A stretch of 64,000 nt of DNA, taken from contig JBNAUL010000002.1 of the NCBI GenBank assembly GCA_049700835.1, positions 153,967 through 217,966 of the forward strand, read 5' to 3'. The notes under the pieces are model-generated. The model saw nothing but the letters and a program-made list of their open reading frames with translations, was not told where the DNA came from and did no database searches. The position numbers were made by a program, and so were the translations under genes. Below, in pieces: positions 41,183-51,116 of the stretch. How positions within the stretch are numbered: the first letter of the stretch is position 1; each line of letters opens with the position of its first letter. Origin of the DNA: Candidatus Woesearchaeota archaeon. GTDB taxonomy: Archaea > Nanobdellota > Nanobdellia > Woesearchaeales > WAPY01.

Positions 41183-43870
41183 ATGCTAACCTTTAAGAAA
41201 AATCCTGATCCAAAAGAAAAGGTCGTTAATATTTTAAACCCTGTAATAAAAGAATGGTTCTTCAGAAAGTTCAAGGAGTTTTCACTGCCCCAACTTTACG
41301 CTGTCACTGAAATTCACTCTAGAAAGAATGTTCTCATAAGCGCTCCTACAGGAGGCACAAAAACATTGACTGCTTTCCTTTCAATAATAAACGAGCTTTT
41401 TACGCTCTCGCAAAACAATCTGTTAGAAGACAGAATTTATTGCGTTTATGTTTCTCCTTTGAAAGCATTGAATTATGACATTGAAGTAAATCTTAAAACT
41501 CCTTTAAAGGAAATTGAAGAGATTTACGGCAAGAAAACAAACATAAGGGTTGCTGTGAGAACAGGAGATACTTCTGCTTCTGAAAAGGCACAGATGCTTA
41601 GAAAACCGCCTCACATTTTGATAACAACCCCTGAAAGTTTGGGGATAATATTGTCTTCAATAAAATTCAGGGAGCTGTTGGCAAATGTTGAGTGGGTTAT
41701 TGTTGACGAAGTTCATGCCCTTGCAGAAAACAAGAGGGGCTCTCACTTGAGTTTAAGTTTGGAGAGAATGCAAAGATTGAATTATTTCTCAAGGATTGGG
41801 CTTTCAGCAACAGTTGCTCCAATAGAAGAAATAGCAAAATTCTTGGTTGGTTTTGATAATGGACAACCTAGGGATTGCGTCATAGTTGATGTTCAATTTG
41901 TAAAAAAAATGGATTTAAAGGTTTTAAGCCCTTTGCCGAATTTAATAAACATCGAATACGAAGAACTCCATGGTTCATTGTATACACTTTTAGATCAGTT
42001 GATTCAAAGCCACAAGACAACGCTAATTTTTACAAACACAAGATCTGCAACTGAAAGAGTAATCCATCATTTGAAGGAGAAGTTTCCAAAGCACTATGCT
42101 CTAATGGACGAAAAATCCGATTATCCTGTTATAGGAGCTCATCATGGTTCTTTGTCAAAAACTCTTAGAAGAAAAATAGAATCAAGATTGAGAGAAGGAA
42201 GGTTAAAGGCAGTTGTTTCAAGCACCTCTCTGGAGCTTGGAATAGACATTGGATATATAGATTTGGTTGTTCTGCTTGGAAGCCCAAAGTCAGTTGCAAG
42301 AGCTTTGCAAAGGATTGGAAGGAGCGGTCATAAATTAGCGGACACAACAAAAGGAAGAATTGTTGTTTTGGACAGGGATGATTTGATAGAGTGTTCTGTG
42401 CTCTTAAAGAGTGCTATTGAGAAGAAGATTGACAAGATTCACATTCCAAGGAATGCGTTGGATGTTTTAGCGCAGCACATTGTTGGGATAACATCTGTTG
42501 AAAAGATAAGCGTCAAGGAATTGTTTGAAATGATAAGGAAAAGTTATTCTTATTCAGAACTTGATTACAAAGACCTTGAAAATACCCTCAAGTATCTCTC
42601 AGGGGAATTTTCTGATTTAGAAGACAAGAGGGTTTATGCAAAGATTTGGTTTGACAGGGATTCAGGCTTTATAGGACGAAGGGGAAAAATGTCAAGGGTT
42701 ATTTACATGACAAACATAGGAACAATACCTGATGAAACAGCAGTTCTCGTAAAGGTTGGGGAAGAAGTGATAGGAAAGATTGAGGAGAGTTTTGCAGAAA
42801 AATTGAAGAAAAACGATGTATTTGTTTTGGGCGGAGAAACCTACAAGTTCAAGTTTTCAAGGGGGCAGGTTGTTCAGGTTGAGCCAACAACAGGAACTCC
42901 TACAATTCCATCTTGGTTTTCTGAAATGCTTCCATTGAGTTTTGATTTGGCAATGGAAATTTCATCGTTCAGAAGGCTTATGGAAGAGAAGTTTTTGGTT
43001 GGAAAGAGCAGAGAAGAAATTTTGGAGTTCATAAACGATTATCTCTATGTTGACAAAAACTCTGCAAACGCAATCTATGTTTATTTCAAGGAACAGTACC
43101 TTTATTCAAAAATAGCGCATGACAAGAGGATTGTTGTTGAGCATTACAATGACGGGAAGAAAAAATATGCTATATTTCACACGCTCTTTGGGCGCAGGGT
43201 TAACGATTGCCTGTCAAGGGCAATAGCGCTGGTTATTTCAAGAATGCAGCATGTTGATGTTGAGATTGGAATAACTGACAATGGTTTTTACATTGCCTCA
43301 AAGAAAGACATCCAAGCAGTCAAGGCGCTCAAAGTCCTAAATTCAAAGAAGCTCTACAATGTAATGGAAGCTGCTATTGAGAATTCTGAAATCTTGAGAA
43401 GAAGGTTTAGGCACTGCGCTGTCAGGGCTTTGATGATTTTAAGAGAATACAGGGGATATAAGAAAAGGGTTGGAAGGCAGCAAGTTTCCTCAATGATTCT
43501 AATGAACGCTGTAAGAATGCTAGGAAACGAATTTCCAATTTTGAAGGAAGCAAAGAGAGAGGTCTTAGAAGATGTTATGGATATTGAAAATGCAGAGAAG
43601 GTTATTGAGTTGATTGAAAGCGGAGAAATAAAAATTGTTGAGACAAGCTCAGAGGTTCCAAGCCCGTTTGCATTCAACATAATCTCAGAGGGCTATCTTG
43701 ATTTGCTAAAGATTGAAAACAGGACGAGCTTTTTAAGAAGAATGCACAATCTTGTGCTTGCAAAGATTTCCCTAAAAGAGGGAAAGGAAAAAATTAAGGA
43801 CATTCTTGAATTTGAAAAGGAAGACAATGATTCAAGAGTAGAAGAATCAAATAATCAAATAAAGAGTTAA
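41183..43870 (+). CDS. lhr: Lhr-type SF2 ATP-dependent helicase
   Basis: SPLKALNYD, ILITTPESL, DEVH, GLSAT, SLELGIDIG, QRIGRSGH; variant Walker A APTGGTKT. Confidence 0.93.
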   Translation: MLTFKKNPDPKEKVVNILNPVIKEWFFRKFKEFSLPQLYAVTEIHSRKNVLISAPTGGTKTLTAFLSIINELFTLSQNNLLEDRIYCVYVSPLKALNYDIEVNLKTPLKEIEEIYGKKTNIRVAVRTGDTSASEKAQMLRKPPHILITTPESLGIILSSIKFRELLANVEWVIVDEVHALAENKRGSHLSLSLERMQRLNYFSRIGLSATVAPIEEIAKFLVGFDNGQPRDCVIVDVQFVKKMDLKVLSPLPNLINIEYEELHGSLYTLLDQLIQSHKTTLIFTNTRSATERVIHHLKEKFPKHYALMDEKSDYPVIGAHHGSLSKTLRRKIESRLREGRLKAVVSSTSLELGIDIGYIDLVVLLGSPKSVARALQRIGRSGHKLADTTKGRIVVLDRDDLIECSVLLKSAIEKKIDKIHIPRNALDVLAQHIVGITSVEKISVKELFEMIRKSYSYSELDYKDLENTLKYLSGEFSDLEDKRVYAKIWFDRDSGFIGRRGKMSRVIYMTNIGTIPDETAVLVKVGEEVIGKIEESFAEKLKKNDVFVLGGETYKFKFSRGQVVQVEPTTGTPTIPSWFSEMLPLSFDLAMEISSFRRLMEEKFLVGKSREEILEFINDYLYVDKNSANAIYVYFKEQYLYSKIAHDKRIVVEHYNDGKKKYAIFHTLFGRRVNDCLSRAIALVISRMQHVDVEIGITDNGFYIASKKDIQAVKALKVLNSKKLYNVMEAAIENSEILRRRFRHCAVRALMILREYRGYKKRVGRQQVSSMILMNAVRMLGNEFPILKEAKREVLEDVMDIENAEKVIELIESGEIKIVETSSEVPSPFAFNIISEGYLDLLKIENRTSFLRRMHNLVLAKISLKEGKEKIKDILEFEKEDNDSRVEESNNQIKS

Positions 43871-43966
43871 TAATTAATTAAGAGTTAAAATTTAATGAAA
43901 AACTGATTGGGAAGCCAATAATTTTTAAGGAATTAAAAATAATTAATGGCAAACAAAAATTATTTT

Positions 43967-45691
43967 TTATTTCTTATACATTTGAATTATTTCTTGGGTA
44001 GTTGTTGCCTGTTCAGGGCTTTTGTCTTCCCTGAACATCTTAAACCTTGGAAACCTTATTGCAAGCCCTTTTCCAAGCTGCTTTTTTCCACAGGTATGAA
44101 CAGGGCTTTGGGTTATTTCTGCACCTATAACCACAACCACTTTGTTTGGAACGAACCAATAATCTGCTTCTATTTCAGAATCAACCCTTGGATGTTTTTT
44201 AGGAATTAGAAACTGCTTCATTATTTTTGGAAGTTTGTTAAGGGTTTCGTCGCTGAAACCAGCTCCTAATTTTGAAACTGTCTCAAAAGAATCTGTTTTT
44301 GGATTGTAAGCAGCGCACAACAAAGCTCCATAAGAACCAGCTCTTTTGCCTTTGCCTGCAAAAGCCCCGACAACAACCAAGTCAAGAGTGTCCTGCAATT
44401 TTGAAATGTAGTCCTTCTTGTATTTTATCCAGAGCCAAGCCCTTGCCCCTGCTCTGTAGAACGAGTCCTTTGATTTTGATTTTGCAATTATTCCTTCACA
44501 GCCTTCTTCCAAAACCTCTTGGAAGAAATCATCCACTTTGTCAAGATCATCACTATCTAAAATCTTGCTCAACTTCACAAAATCATTTTTAACAACAATC
44601 CTTTCAAGAGTTTTCCTTCTTTCATGATAAGGTAACTTCATCAAACTCATGTTGTTCAAATACAGAATGTCAAAAAGGAAAACACAAACAGGAACCTTTT
44701 TTGAGTATTCCTCAATATCATACTTTCTCTTTCTTTGCATTATGTTCTGGAATGAAAGTATGTTTCCTTCCTTATCAACAGGAACTGCTTCCCCTTCAAC
44801 TATGAAATTCTTTTCCTTTATTGAACTCTTTATATTATTAATAATGTCAGGATATTGGGCAGTTATGTTTTCCAATCTTCTAGAGTAAATAATAACCTCT
44901 CCGTTTTCTTTTTTGTGAATTTGAACTCTTTCTCCATCATACTTTGCATCAGAATAAAAGCCATAAGGCATCTTTTCTTTTATTTCTGAAAGTTTTTTTG
45001 CTCTTTGAGCAAGCATCATCTGTATCGGGCTTCCGATCTGAATTTCAATTTTTTTTACTCCTTCAATGCCCTTTGTTACTACCAATTCAGCTACAAGCCC
45101 TATGTCTGTGCAAAGGTTGTATGCTTCTTCCAAGACTTTCTTGTTCTCTTTTGTTCCTGTAAAGGCTATCGACAGGCTGTCAAGGATTGTCATTGAAGCA
45201 ACTCCCAACCTCAATTTTCCAAGAAGTATCCTTACGATGTACTTTGCCTCTTCAGCGCTGCACTCAAGCAAAAGTTCTGAGAGCAGAGCTATCTTCTTGT
45301 CTTGACTTCCGAAGCCGCTTGTTTGGGCAATCTCAACTAATTTCTTGTGTACTTCAAGGATTTCCAATCCTGATTTTTTCTTTATGCCAAAGCTGTTTCT
45401 AAGTTCAAGTGCAACAACTCCCAAATCCCCTTTCTTTTTCAAAAGTTTTGTTACTTCACTTTCTTCCTTGCTGTATGCTTTTGCAATTGCTTTTACCATC
45501 ATCTTCTCTGCAATCCCAAAATCAATGCTTTTGTATTCAGGCGCAATCAGGCCTAAAATAAAATAGCTCACAAACCTTATCTCTGTTTTAGGAACTACTT
45601 TTAAAAAATTTGAAAGAATTTCCCTGAGTTTGTTTCCAGAACTGGTCTTTTCAAGCTCTTCTAATACAACAACAAGTTCCTTGAACCTCAT
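43967..45691 (-). CDS. lig: ATP-dependent DNA ligase
   Basis: KYDGER, EGEAV, FDILY, EGIIAK, WIKYKKDY, IRFPRF. Confidence 0.96.
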   Translation of the reverse strand: MRFKELVVVLEELEKTSSGNKLREILSNFLKVVPKTEIRFVSYFILGLIAPEYKSIDFGIAEKMMVKAIAKAYSKEESEVTKLLKKKGDLGVVALELRNSFGIKKKSGLEILEVHKKLVEIAQTSGFGSQDKKIALLSELLLECSAEEAKYIVRILLGKLRLGVASMTILDSLSIAFTGTKENKKVLEEAYNLCTDIGLVAELVVTKGIEGVKKIEIQIGSPIQMMLAQRAKKLSEIKEKMPYGFYSDAKYDGERVQIHKKENGEVIIYSRRLENITAQYPDIINNIKSSIKEKNFIVEGEAVPVDKEGNILSFQNIMQRKRKYDIEEYSKKVPVCVFLFDILYLNNMSLMKLPYHERRKTLERIVVKNDFVKLSKILDSDDLDKVDDFFQEVLEEGCEGIIAKSKSKDSFYRAGARAWLWIKYKKDYISKLQDTLDLVVVGAFAGKGKRAGSYGALLCAAYNPKTDSFETVSKLGAGFSDETLNKLPKIMKQFLIPKKHPRVDSEIEADYWFVPNKVVVVIGAEITQSPVHTCGKKQLGKGLAIRFPRFKMFREDKSPEQATTTQEIIQMYKK

Positions 45692-45747
45692 AAATCAGCG
45701 ATATATTTTTGAAATTTTTAAATTTTGTCAAAAAAGAACAAATTTTC

Positions 45748-46161
45748 TCAGACAACCTTTATTTCTTTTATGTCAAAGAACCTCTTAACAATATCTTCAT
45801 ATTCCCTAAGATTCTTTGCATTTTTTCCTATTATGAGACCTTTCACTTTTCTGTCAGAATCGCTTATCAAAACAATCCCTTCTTTTTCCTCAACGCTGCT
45901 TACCTTTAATGGCGCTATAAGGTTTCTTATGAAAACAACCAAAACAGGATTGTACTCAACTATCTTTATTTTCTTGTTTAATTTTTTGGCAAGTTCTTTT
46001 ACCTTGCTTCCCCTTGGGCCAATGGCCTTTGTAAGTTGGTTCAATTCCACTACAAATATAATCTTGTCTTCGCTTTCTATGCAGTCCTTGAGCTTTACTC
46101 CAGTCAGCTTCTCAAAAAGAATCATATGGCTCATTAATTTTATGTTATACTTTTTTCTCAC
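45748..46161 (-). CDS. nusA: Archaeal NusA (two KH domains)
   Basis: KAIGPRGSKV and IIGKNAKNL KH motifs; downstream of rpl30e. Confidence 0.92.
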   Translation of the reverse strand: MRKKYNIKLMSHMILFEKLTGVKLKDCIESEDKIIFVVELNQLTKAIGPRGSKVKELAKKLNKKIKIVEYNPVLVVFIRNLIAPLKVSSVEEKEGIVLISDSDRKVKGLIIGKNAKNLREYEDIVKRFFDIKEIKVV

Positions 46162-46442
46162 TTTGAATCCTCTTTCTCCTTTAGAATTCCGACTGTTGAA
46201 ACCAAAAACTGCTTCTTACATACAACTCCAAGCTCTTCGTTGTTAAGGTTAAGTTTTTCAAGAGGAACATTAGTTATTTTTGAGTAATATTCAAAATCCC
46301 TCACAGAATCCTCAGGTGCATTTGAAGCCAAAAAAACCTTTTTCAATTTATTAAACTTCAAATTCTTCAAAACATTCTTGTAACCGATGACAAGCTCTTT
46401 CTTTCCAACATACGCCTTTATTTCGTTAATGCCTTCATCCAT
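46158..46442 (-). CDS. rpl30e: 50S ribosomal protein eL30
   Basis: LVIGYKNVLK, VFLASNAP, ELGVVCKKQFLVS; SD AGGTG. Confidence 0.92.
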   Translation of the reverse strand: MDEGINEIKAYVGKKELVIGYKNVLKNLKFNKLKKVFLASNAPEDSVRDFEYYSKITNVPLEKLNLNNEELGVVCKKQFLVSTVGILKEKEDSK

Positions 46443-46573
46443 AAAAACACCTTGAAAATTGCGAAATTTTATTTTGCTTTCTCATCTTTTTTAACGATTA
46501 TAGAGAGCGAACATTATTAGTTTTTAAACTTTTCTTTTTTAAAGCAAGAATTAAAATTTCTTGTTCTACATTT

Positions 46574-47241
46574 TTATTTTTTTATTTTACCAAGATTTAT
46601 TTCTAAAAATATATCAAATAATTTAGGATCAAACTTTTCTCTTTCTTTTAACATAATTTCCAACGCTCTTTCTTTGTCGTAAGCACTGCGATACGCTCTT
46701 TCGCTTGTAAGGGCATCATAAACATCTGCTATTCTTACAATTCTTGCATAGAGAGGGATATTATTAGCTTTTAAACCTTTAGGATAACCAGAACCATCAT
46801 AGTTTTCGTGGTGATACAAAATTATATTCCTGATTATTTTTACTCCTTTTTTGTAAAGAAATTTTTGTAGTTGCTTATAGCTTCTTCAAAAACATTATAA
46901 GCAATCGTTGTATGCAATTGTATTGTTTTTCGCTCAACTTCATTTAATAAGGTGGGTTTATTTAGAATACTTTCAGGAATAAATATTTTTCCAAAATCAT
47001 GAAGTAAAGCACCATACCTTAAAAACTCAATATCAATTTTTTCATCAATATTGTGATTAAGTTTTTCTGCGATGTCTAAAGAAATCTCTGTAACATTTAA
47101 AGAGTGGTTTTGAATGTACGGATCTATTCTTGATTGGATAACACCAAATATGTTTAATATTCCATCCAATAGTTTTTTGTAATTTAAAGAATTTTTTTCA
47201 TTAATGGATTCTCTTAATTTAAAATATTCTGAGTTCTTCAT
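46574..47241 (-). pseudogene. Stand-alone HD-GYP phosphohydrolase split by a -1 frameshift
   Basis: 5' ORF: NHSLNV, LLHDFGK, ILNKP. 3' ORF: YHHENYDGSGYP, ARIVRIADVYDALTSERAYR. Junction A-AAA-AAG at 46846-46852. Confidence 0.85.
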
Positions 47242-47252
47242 TTTAATCTTTT

Positions 47253-48425
47253 TTAGTGAAGTTTGTATTTTTCAAATTTGTTTCCATAAAGATATTCTTC
47301 TTCTTTTTTTGTAAGCCCCTCAAGCTCCCCGTCATAAACAATCCAAATCTCTTCTTTGTGGGAGTTTATATTTATTTTCAATCTTAAATAATCAGGAAAT
47401 AATTTTTTCTCCATTTTATAAGTCCTGTCTTTAAAATCAAGCACGCATGTTTTTATCTTCTTCCTTGTAGATATGTCAAAACCTTCAATCACATTCTTTA
47501 TGGTTGTGCCTGTGTCAACTAAATCATCAACAATCAGAACCAAATCATAGGCAGTTGCCTTTGATTTGTTAGGAACAATGTATTTTAATTCCAACTCTTC
47601 CTTTGTCATATTTATGTAGCTTGAAGCAATTATAACTCCAACATCAACATTCAATCTTGAGTCCTTTTTTATCTTTTCAGATATGCAATTTGCCAACGAA
47701 GAACCTCCTCTCTGAATTCCATATATAAGCACTTTTTTTGCATCATTTTTTTCTGCATAATCAATCATTCTTTCTCCAAAATAATAACCGCTATTTCTTA
47801 TAAACTCAAAACTATGAAATACCTTTCTTGGAAGCCAACTGTTCCTTTTAAGCTGTTCATCGTATTCGTAAAATAACGAGAAACTTATGTTTAGAACATT
47901 ACTATTTTCAGAATCGTTTTTTCTGAGTTCATTCAGTTTTTTAATTGCGTTTTCATAATCCATTGGAGAAATCCTTATTTTTGAGTCCTTGAAAATCAAA
48001 TCAAAGAAAATTTGTTTTTCATTAGAATTTTTTCTGAATTCAAAATTTTTCTTTTTAAGAATTTTTTCCAAAGAGCCAAAATCTGTTTTATCTTTAATTC
48101 CAAGGCACAAATCCAATCTGTTTTTTTCCAAGTCAAATGGTTTTAACTCTCCGAAAAGGCAGCCATTGAAATTGACTTTCAAAATATCAACTATGTGCTT
48201 TGATTTTAACTCGTCTTCGTGCCCTTCTTTGAGGTTAACTATTTCTGCTCCAAGGTTTTTCTTAACATTTAGAGAAAAGTCCCTCCAATGGTTCTCTCCA
48301 ATAACGATGTCTGAATTGTCAAAATCAGAACTTTGGATAACAAAGAATCCTTTATGTTCTGTGCTTTCCTGCAAGGCATTCTCTATGATTTTCTCTATTC
48401 TTTTTACAGTAGTAACTTCAGCCAT
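47253..48425 (-). CDS. Type I (purine-like) phosphoribosyltransferase with about 195-aa unknown N-terminal domain
   Basis: GIQRGG, ASSY flexible loop, PRPP-binding VLIVDDLVDTGTT. Confidence 0.85.
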   Translation of the reverse strand: MAEVTTVKRIEKIIENALQESTEHKGFFVIQSSDFDNSDIVIGENHWRDFSLNVKKNLGAEIVNLKEGHEDELKSKHIVDILKVNFNGCLFGELKPFDLEKNRLDLCLGIKDKTDFGSLEKILKKKNFEFRKNSNEKQIFFDLIFKDSKIRISPMDYENAIKKLNELRKNDSENSNVLNISFSLFYEYDEQLKRNSWLPRKVFHSFEFIRNSGYYFGERMIDYAEKNDAKKVLIYGIQRGGSSLANCISEKIKKDSRLNVDVGVIIASSYINMTKEELELKYIVPNKSKATAYDLVLIVDDLVDTGTTIKNVIEGFDISTRKKIKTCVLDFKDRTYKMEKKLFPDYLRLKININSHKEEIWIVYDGELEGLTKKEEEYLYGNKFEKYKLH

Positions 48426-48539
48426 GCATTATAGAAAGCATTCCGTATTTAAATGTTTCTGTTTTTTAAGCTTTGAAATGAAAAGTTTTTTATCATCATC
48501 AAGCAAGAGCTATTAAACAAAAATATCAAGGAAAGAAAA

Positions 48540-48985
48540 CTATTTTGCATAAATTCGTTTTAGATTTTTAAAGTCAAAGTTATCTGCTGAACTCAATTGA
48601 TCTGCATTTTTAGAAAAACTATCTATGCAGGATAAACAATCTTTTCTTCTTTTATCAGTTTCAGAATTGAATGGCAAAAGTTTTTTGTTCTTAATATATC
48701 AATTTTATAAAATGCATCTTACATCTTTAATTTAAAGTATTGCAATTCTGAATATGAAATCATTCTTAGAACTCTTTTTTTCTCTTTTCTAAAAAATTTA
48801 TTATGTTTATCAAATCCTCTTTTGATGGAAGCTTTCTATCTGTGTCAGCATTATGGTATCCTATTGCAAATAATTTTCCACCCACTAAATTAATCGAGTG
48901 TTGTAACAAAGCGTGACCTGTAGATAGCTCATCATAAAGATTCTTCGCTTAATTGTTCAATCACAGATTTTTCTAATTCTTTCAT
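48540..48985 (-). pseudogene. Decayed unknown gene
   Basis: MKELEKSVIEQL / AKNLYDELSTGHALLQHS...EKRKKEF* followed by further broken protein-like frames. Confidence 0.4.
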
Positions 48986-49090
48986 TTTTTACTTCTACTA
49001 CTATTTAGATTAAAACAAAGAATTAGAAAAGTGACTGAACAAAAAAAATAAAAATTTAAAAATTTAAAAATTTAATTTATTTTTTCTTTT

Positions 49091-49873
49091 TTACTTTCTT
49101 CTTAAAATCCAACCAAAAATTCCTGTGATTTTCTTTTCTTTTTGCACGGATTGTTGCAACCTTTGTTGCTCCTGCTGCATGAGCATTAATTGCTCTTGAA
49201 GCATTTCTTTAACTTCTTCTGTGCATTCAGTGCAGTTGTTTATGCTTTCATTTATTTTGCTAATCATTTCCTGCAATCTCAAGGTTTCATTCTCAATTTG
49301 CTTCACTGTCTTTAAATCACTTCCAAATAAAAACCTTAAAACCTTGTTTCTATTCTTAAGTTTTTCCTCATGCCTCAAAGTGCTCTGTATTGAATTATTA
49401 AAGTTCCTTGCAATTTCAGAAACATTCTTACCAATCCCGCCTGTTAAATTTTCCATTGCCAAAAAGGCATGAACAGCCAATCTTACTTTGTTATTGTTTT
49501 CAACCCTAATTCTTTCCTGCTCATTAAGCCCTTCTATTTCCTTATCCAATTCGCTTTTCAGCTTTGTGAGATTATCCCTCAAAAACTTTATCTGATTTCT
49601 CACTTCTTCTCTAACTTGTTCTCTTTCTTCTAAACTAAGATTGGAATAGTTCTTTAAAATTTCTCTTAACTCAATTCTTTGTTCTTTTATCTGCTGAGTT
49701 AAATTTCTAGTTATATTTCTAATTTCCTGATTTTTTATTAGCAACGGAGTTCCATTTCCCTGCAAGTTTCCTAATGGTGTTTTTTCTTCGTTAAGTCCTT
49801 TTTGAGCCATAACAGATGTTGCCAAAAACAAGAAAAATAAGATGCTTAAAGTTTTTAAAAAACTCTTTTTCAT
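49091..49873 (-). CDS. Exported coiled-coil protein
   Basis: Signal peptide MKKSFLKTLSILFFLFLATSVMA; Q/E-rich heptads; amphipathic GIFGWIL C-terminus; SD GGGTGA. Confidence 0.75.
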   Translation of the reverse strand: MKKSFLKTLSILFFLFLATSVMAQKGLNEEKTPLGNLQGNGTPLLIKNQEIRNITRNLTQQIKEQRIELREILKNYSNLSLEEREQVREEVRNQIKFLRDNLTKLKSELDKEIEGLNEQERIRVENNNKVRLAVHAFLAMENLTGGIGKNVSEIARNFNNSIQSTLRHEEKLKNRNKVLRFLFGSDLKTVKQIENETLRLQEMISKINESINNCTECTEEVKEMLQEQLMLMQQEQQRLQQSVQKEKKITGIFGWILRRK

Positions 49874-49998
49874 GCTATCACCCTTATCCGCCAATAATTT
49901 TATTTTATATTTAAACTTTTTGTTTTTTAATTTTTAACAATGCTAATATTTAAGGTTTTTGTTTTCAGCAAGTTTTTCAGTTTTTAACCAAAATATTA

Positions 49999-51044
49999 TT
50001 ATAAGAAAAGCACAGCAACAAAAAAGTAGATTGTTATTGTAACAATATCGCTGAGCATTGTTGCAAACGGCCCTGTTGCAACAGCAGGGTCAAGCTTAAA
50101 GAGTTTAAAGATTAATGGAAACAAAGTTGAGATTGAAATTCCTGCTACCATGCTCAAAAACATTGCCAAACCAACTATCAGTCCAAGCATTGGTTCTTTC
50201 CATCCTATAAGCGCAACTGCATAAATCAGAAACCCGCAAATGAGTGATAAGATGGCAGCGACCTTTGCCTCTCTCAAAAGATACTTTTTTATAGAGAGTT
50301 CTGGATTAAGAGCAAGAGCCCTTACTGTCAATGTCTCTGACTGAGTTCCTGCAGCATCGTCATGTAAACCATGACAGGCATAAATGCTGCAAGGACAATG
50401 TACTTGTTTAAAACGCTTTCAAATGTGCCTACTATTGAAGCAGCAATTGTTCCTCCTAAAATTCCAACTATGAGCCATGGAAATCTCAATTTTATCATGA
50501 GCCATGGAGGAGCCATTGTTGGAGTGAATTTTTTATCAACCTTATGAACTATTCCTCCAAACTTGAAAACATCCTCCCGCACTTCTTTGTTGAATATGTC
50601 CAATATCACGTCAGTTGGTATTACTCCAAGCAAGCGCTGTTTTTCGTCAACAATAGGAATTGATTTTACTTTGTTGGATAGTGCTAAATAAACAATTCTT
50701 TCTTGAGGGGTTTTTGGAGTAGCAGTTATCAGTTTTGTATTCATTATACCTGCGACTTTTTCATTCTTATTCTTAACTCTGAATAATTCCTTTATTGAAA
50801 AAACTCCTCTCAAAACATTGTTGTCGTCAATTGCATACACATAATCAATTGTTTCATACAACGAAATGTTATTTTTCAACAATTTTTCAACGCTGCCTAT
50901 TGTTTCCCAAATTTTAACCTTTGGGACATTTGTTATCATCCTGGTTCCAGCAGAATTTTCAGGGTAATTGCTGGATTTTTTATGTTCTTTTTCTCTCTCC
51001 ATTTTTATCATTATTTTTTTATTTAGCTCTTGTTTAGTACACAT
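49999..51044 (-). pseudogene. mgtE: MgtE magnesium transporter (CBS pair plus TM domain) broken by a 1-nt deletion
   Basis: YPENSAG, CBS domains, LRFPWL; VYM-(S)-DAAGTQSETLTVRAL restored by +1 nt near 50360; DPAVATGPFATMLSD. Confidence 0.85.
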
Positions 51045-51116
51045 TATTTTTTATTATTTTTCTTTTTTTGCATTTGAACAGTTATTCTTTATTAAACTTA
51101 AGAAATTTAAAACTTT

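Noticed and set aside
46820..46900. Possibility that a BHB mRNA intron explains the HD-GYP frameshift (also considered for mgtE and the methyltransferase)
   Set aside because: No 4-bp central helix with two 3-nt bulges could be drawn; single-base loss explains each case.
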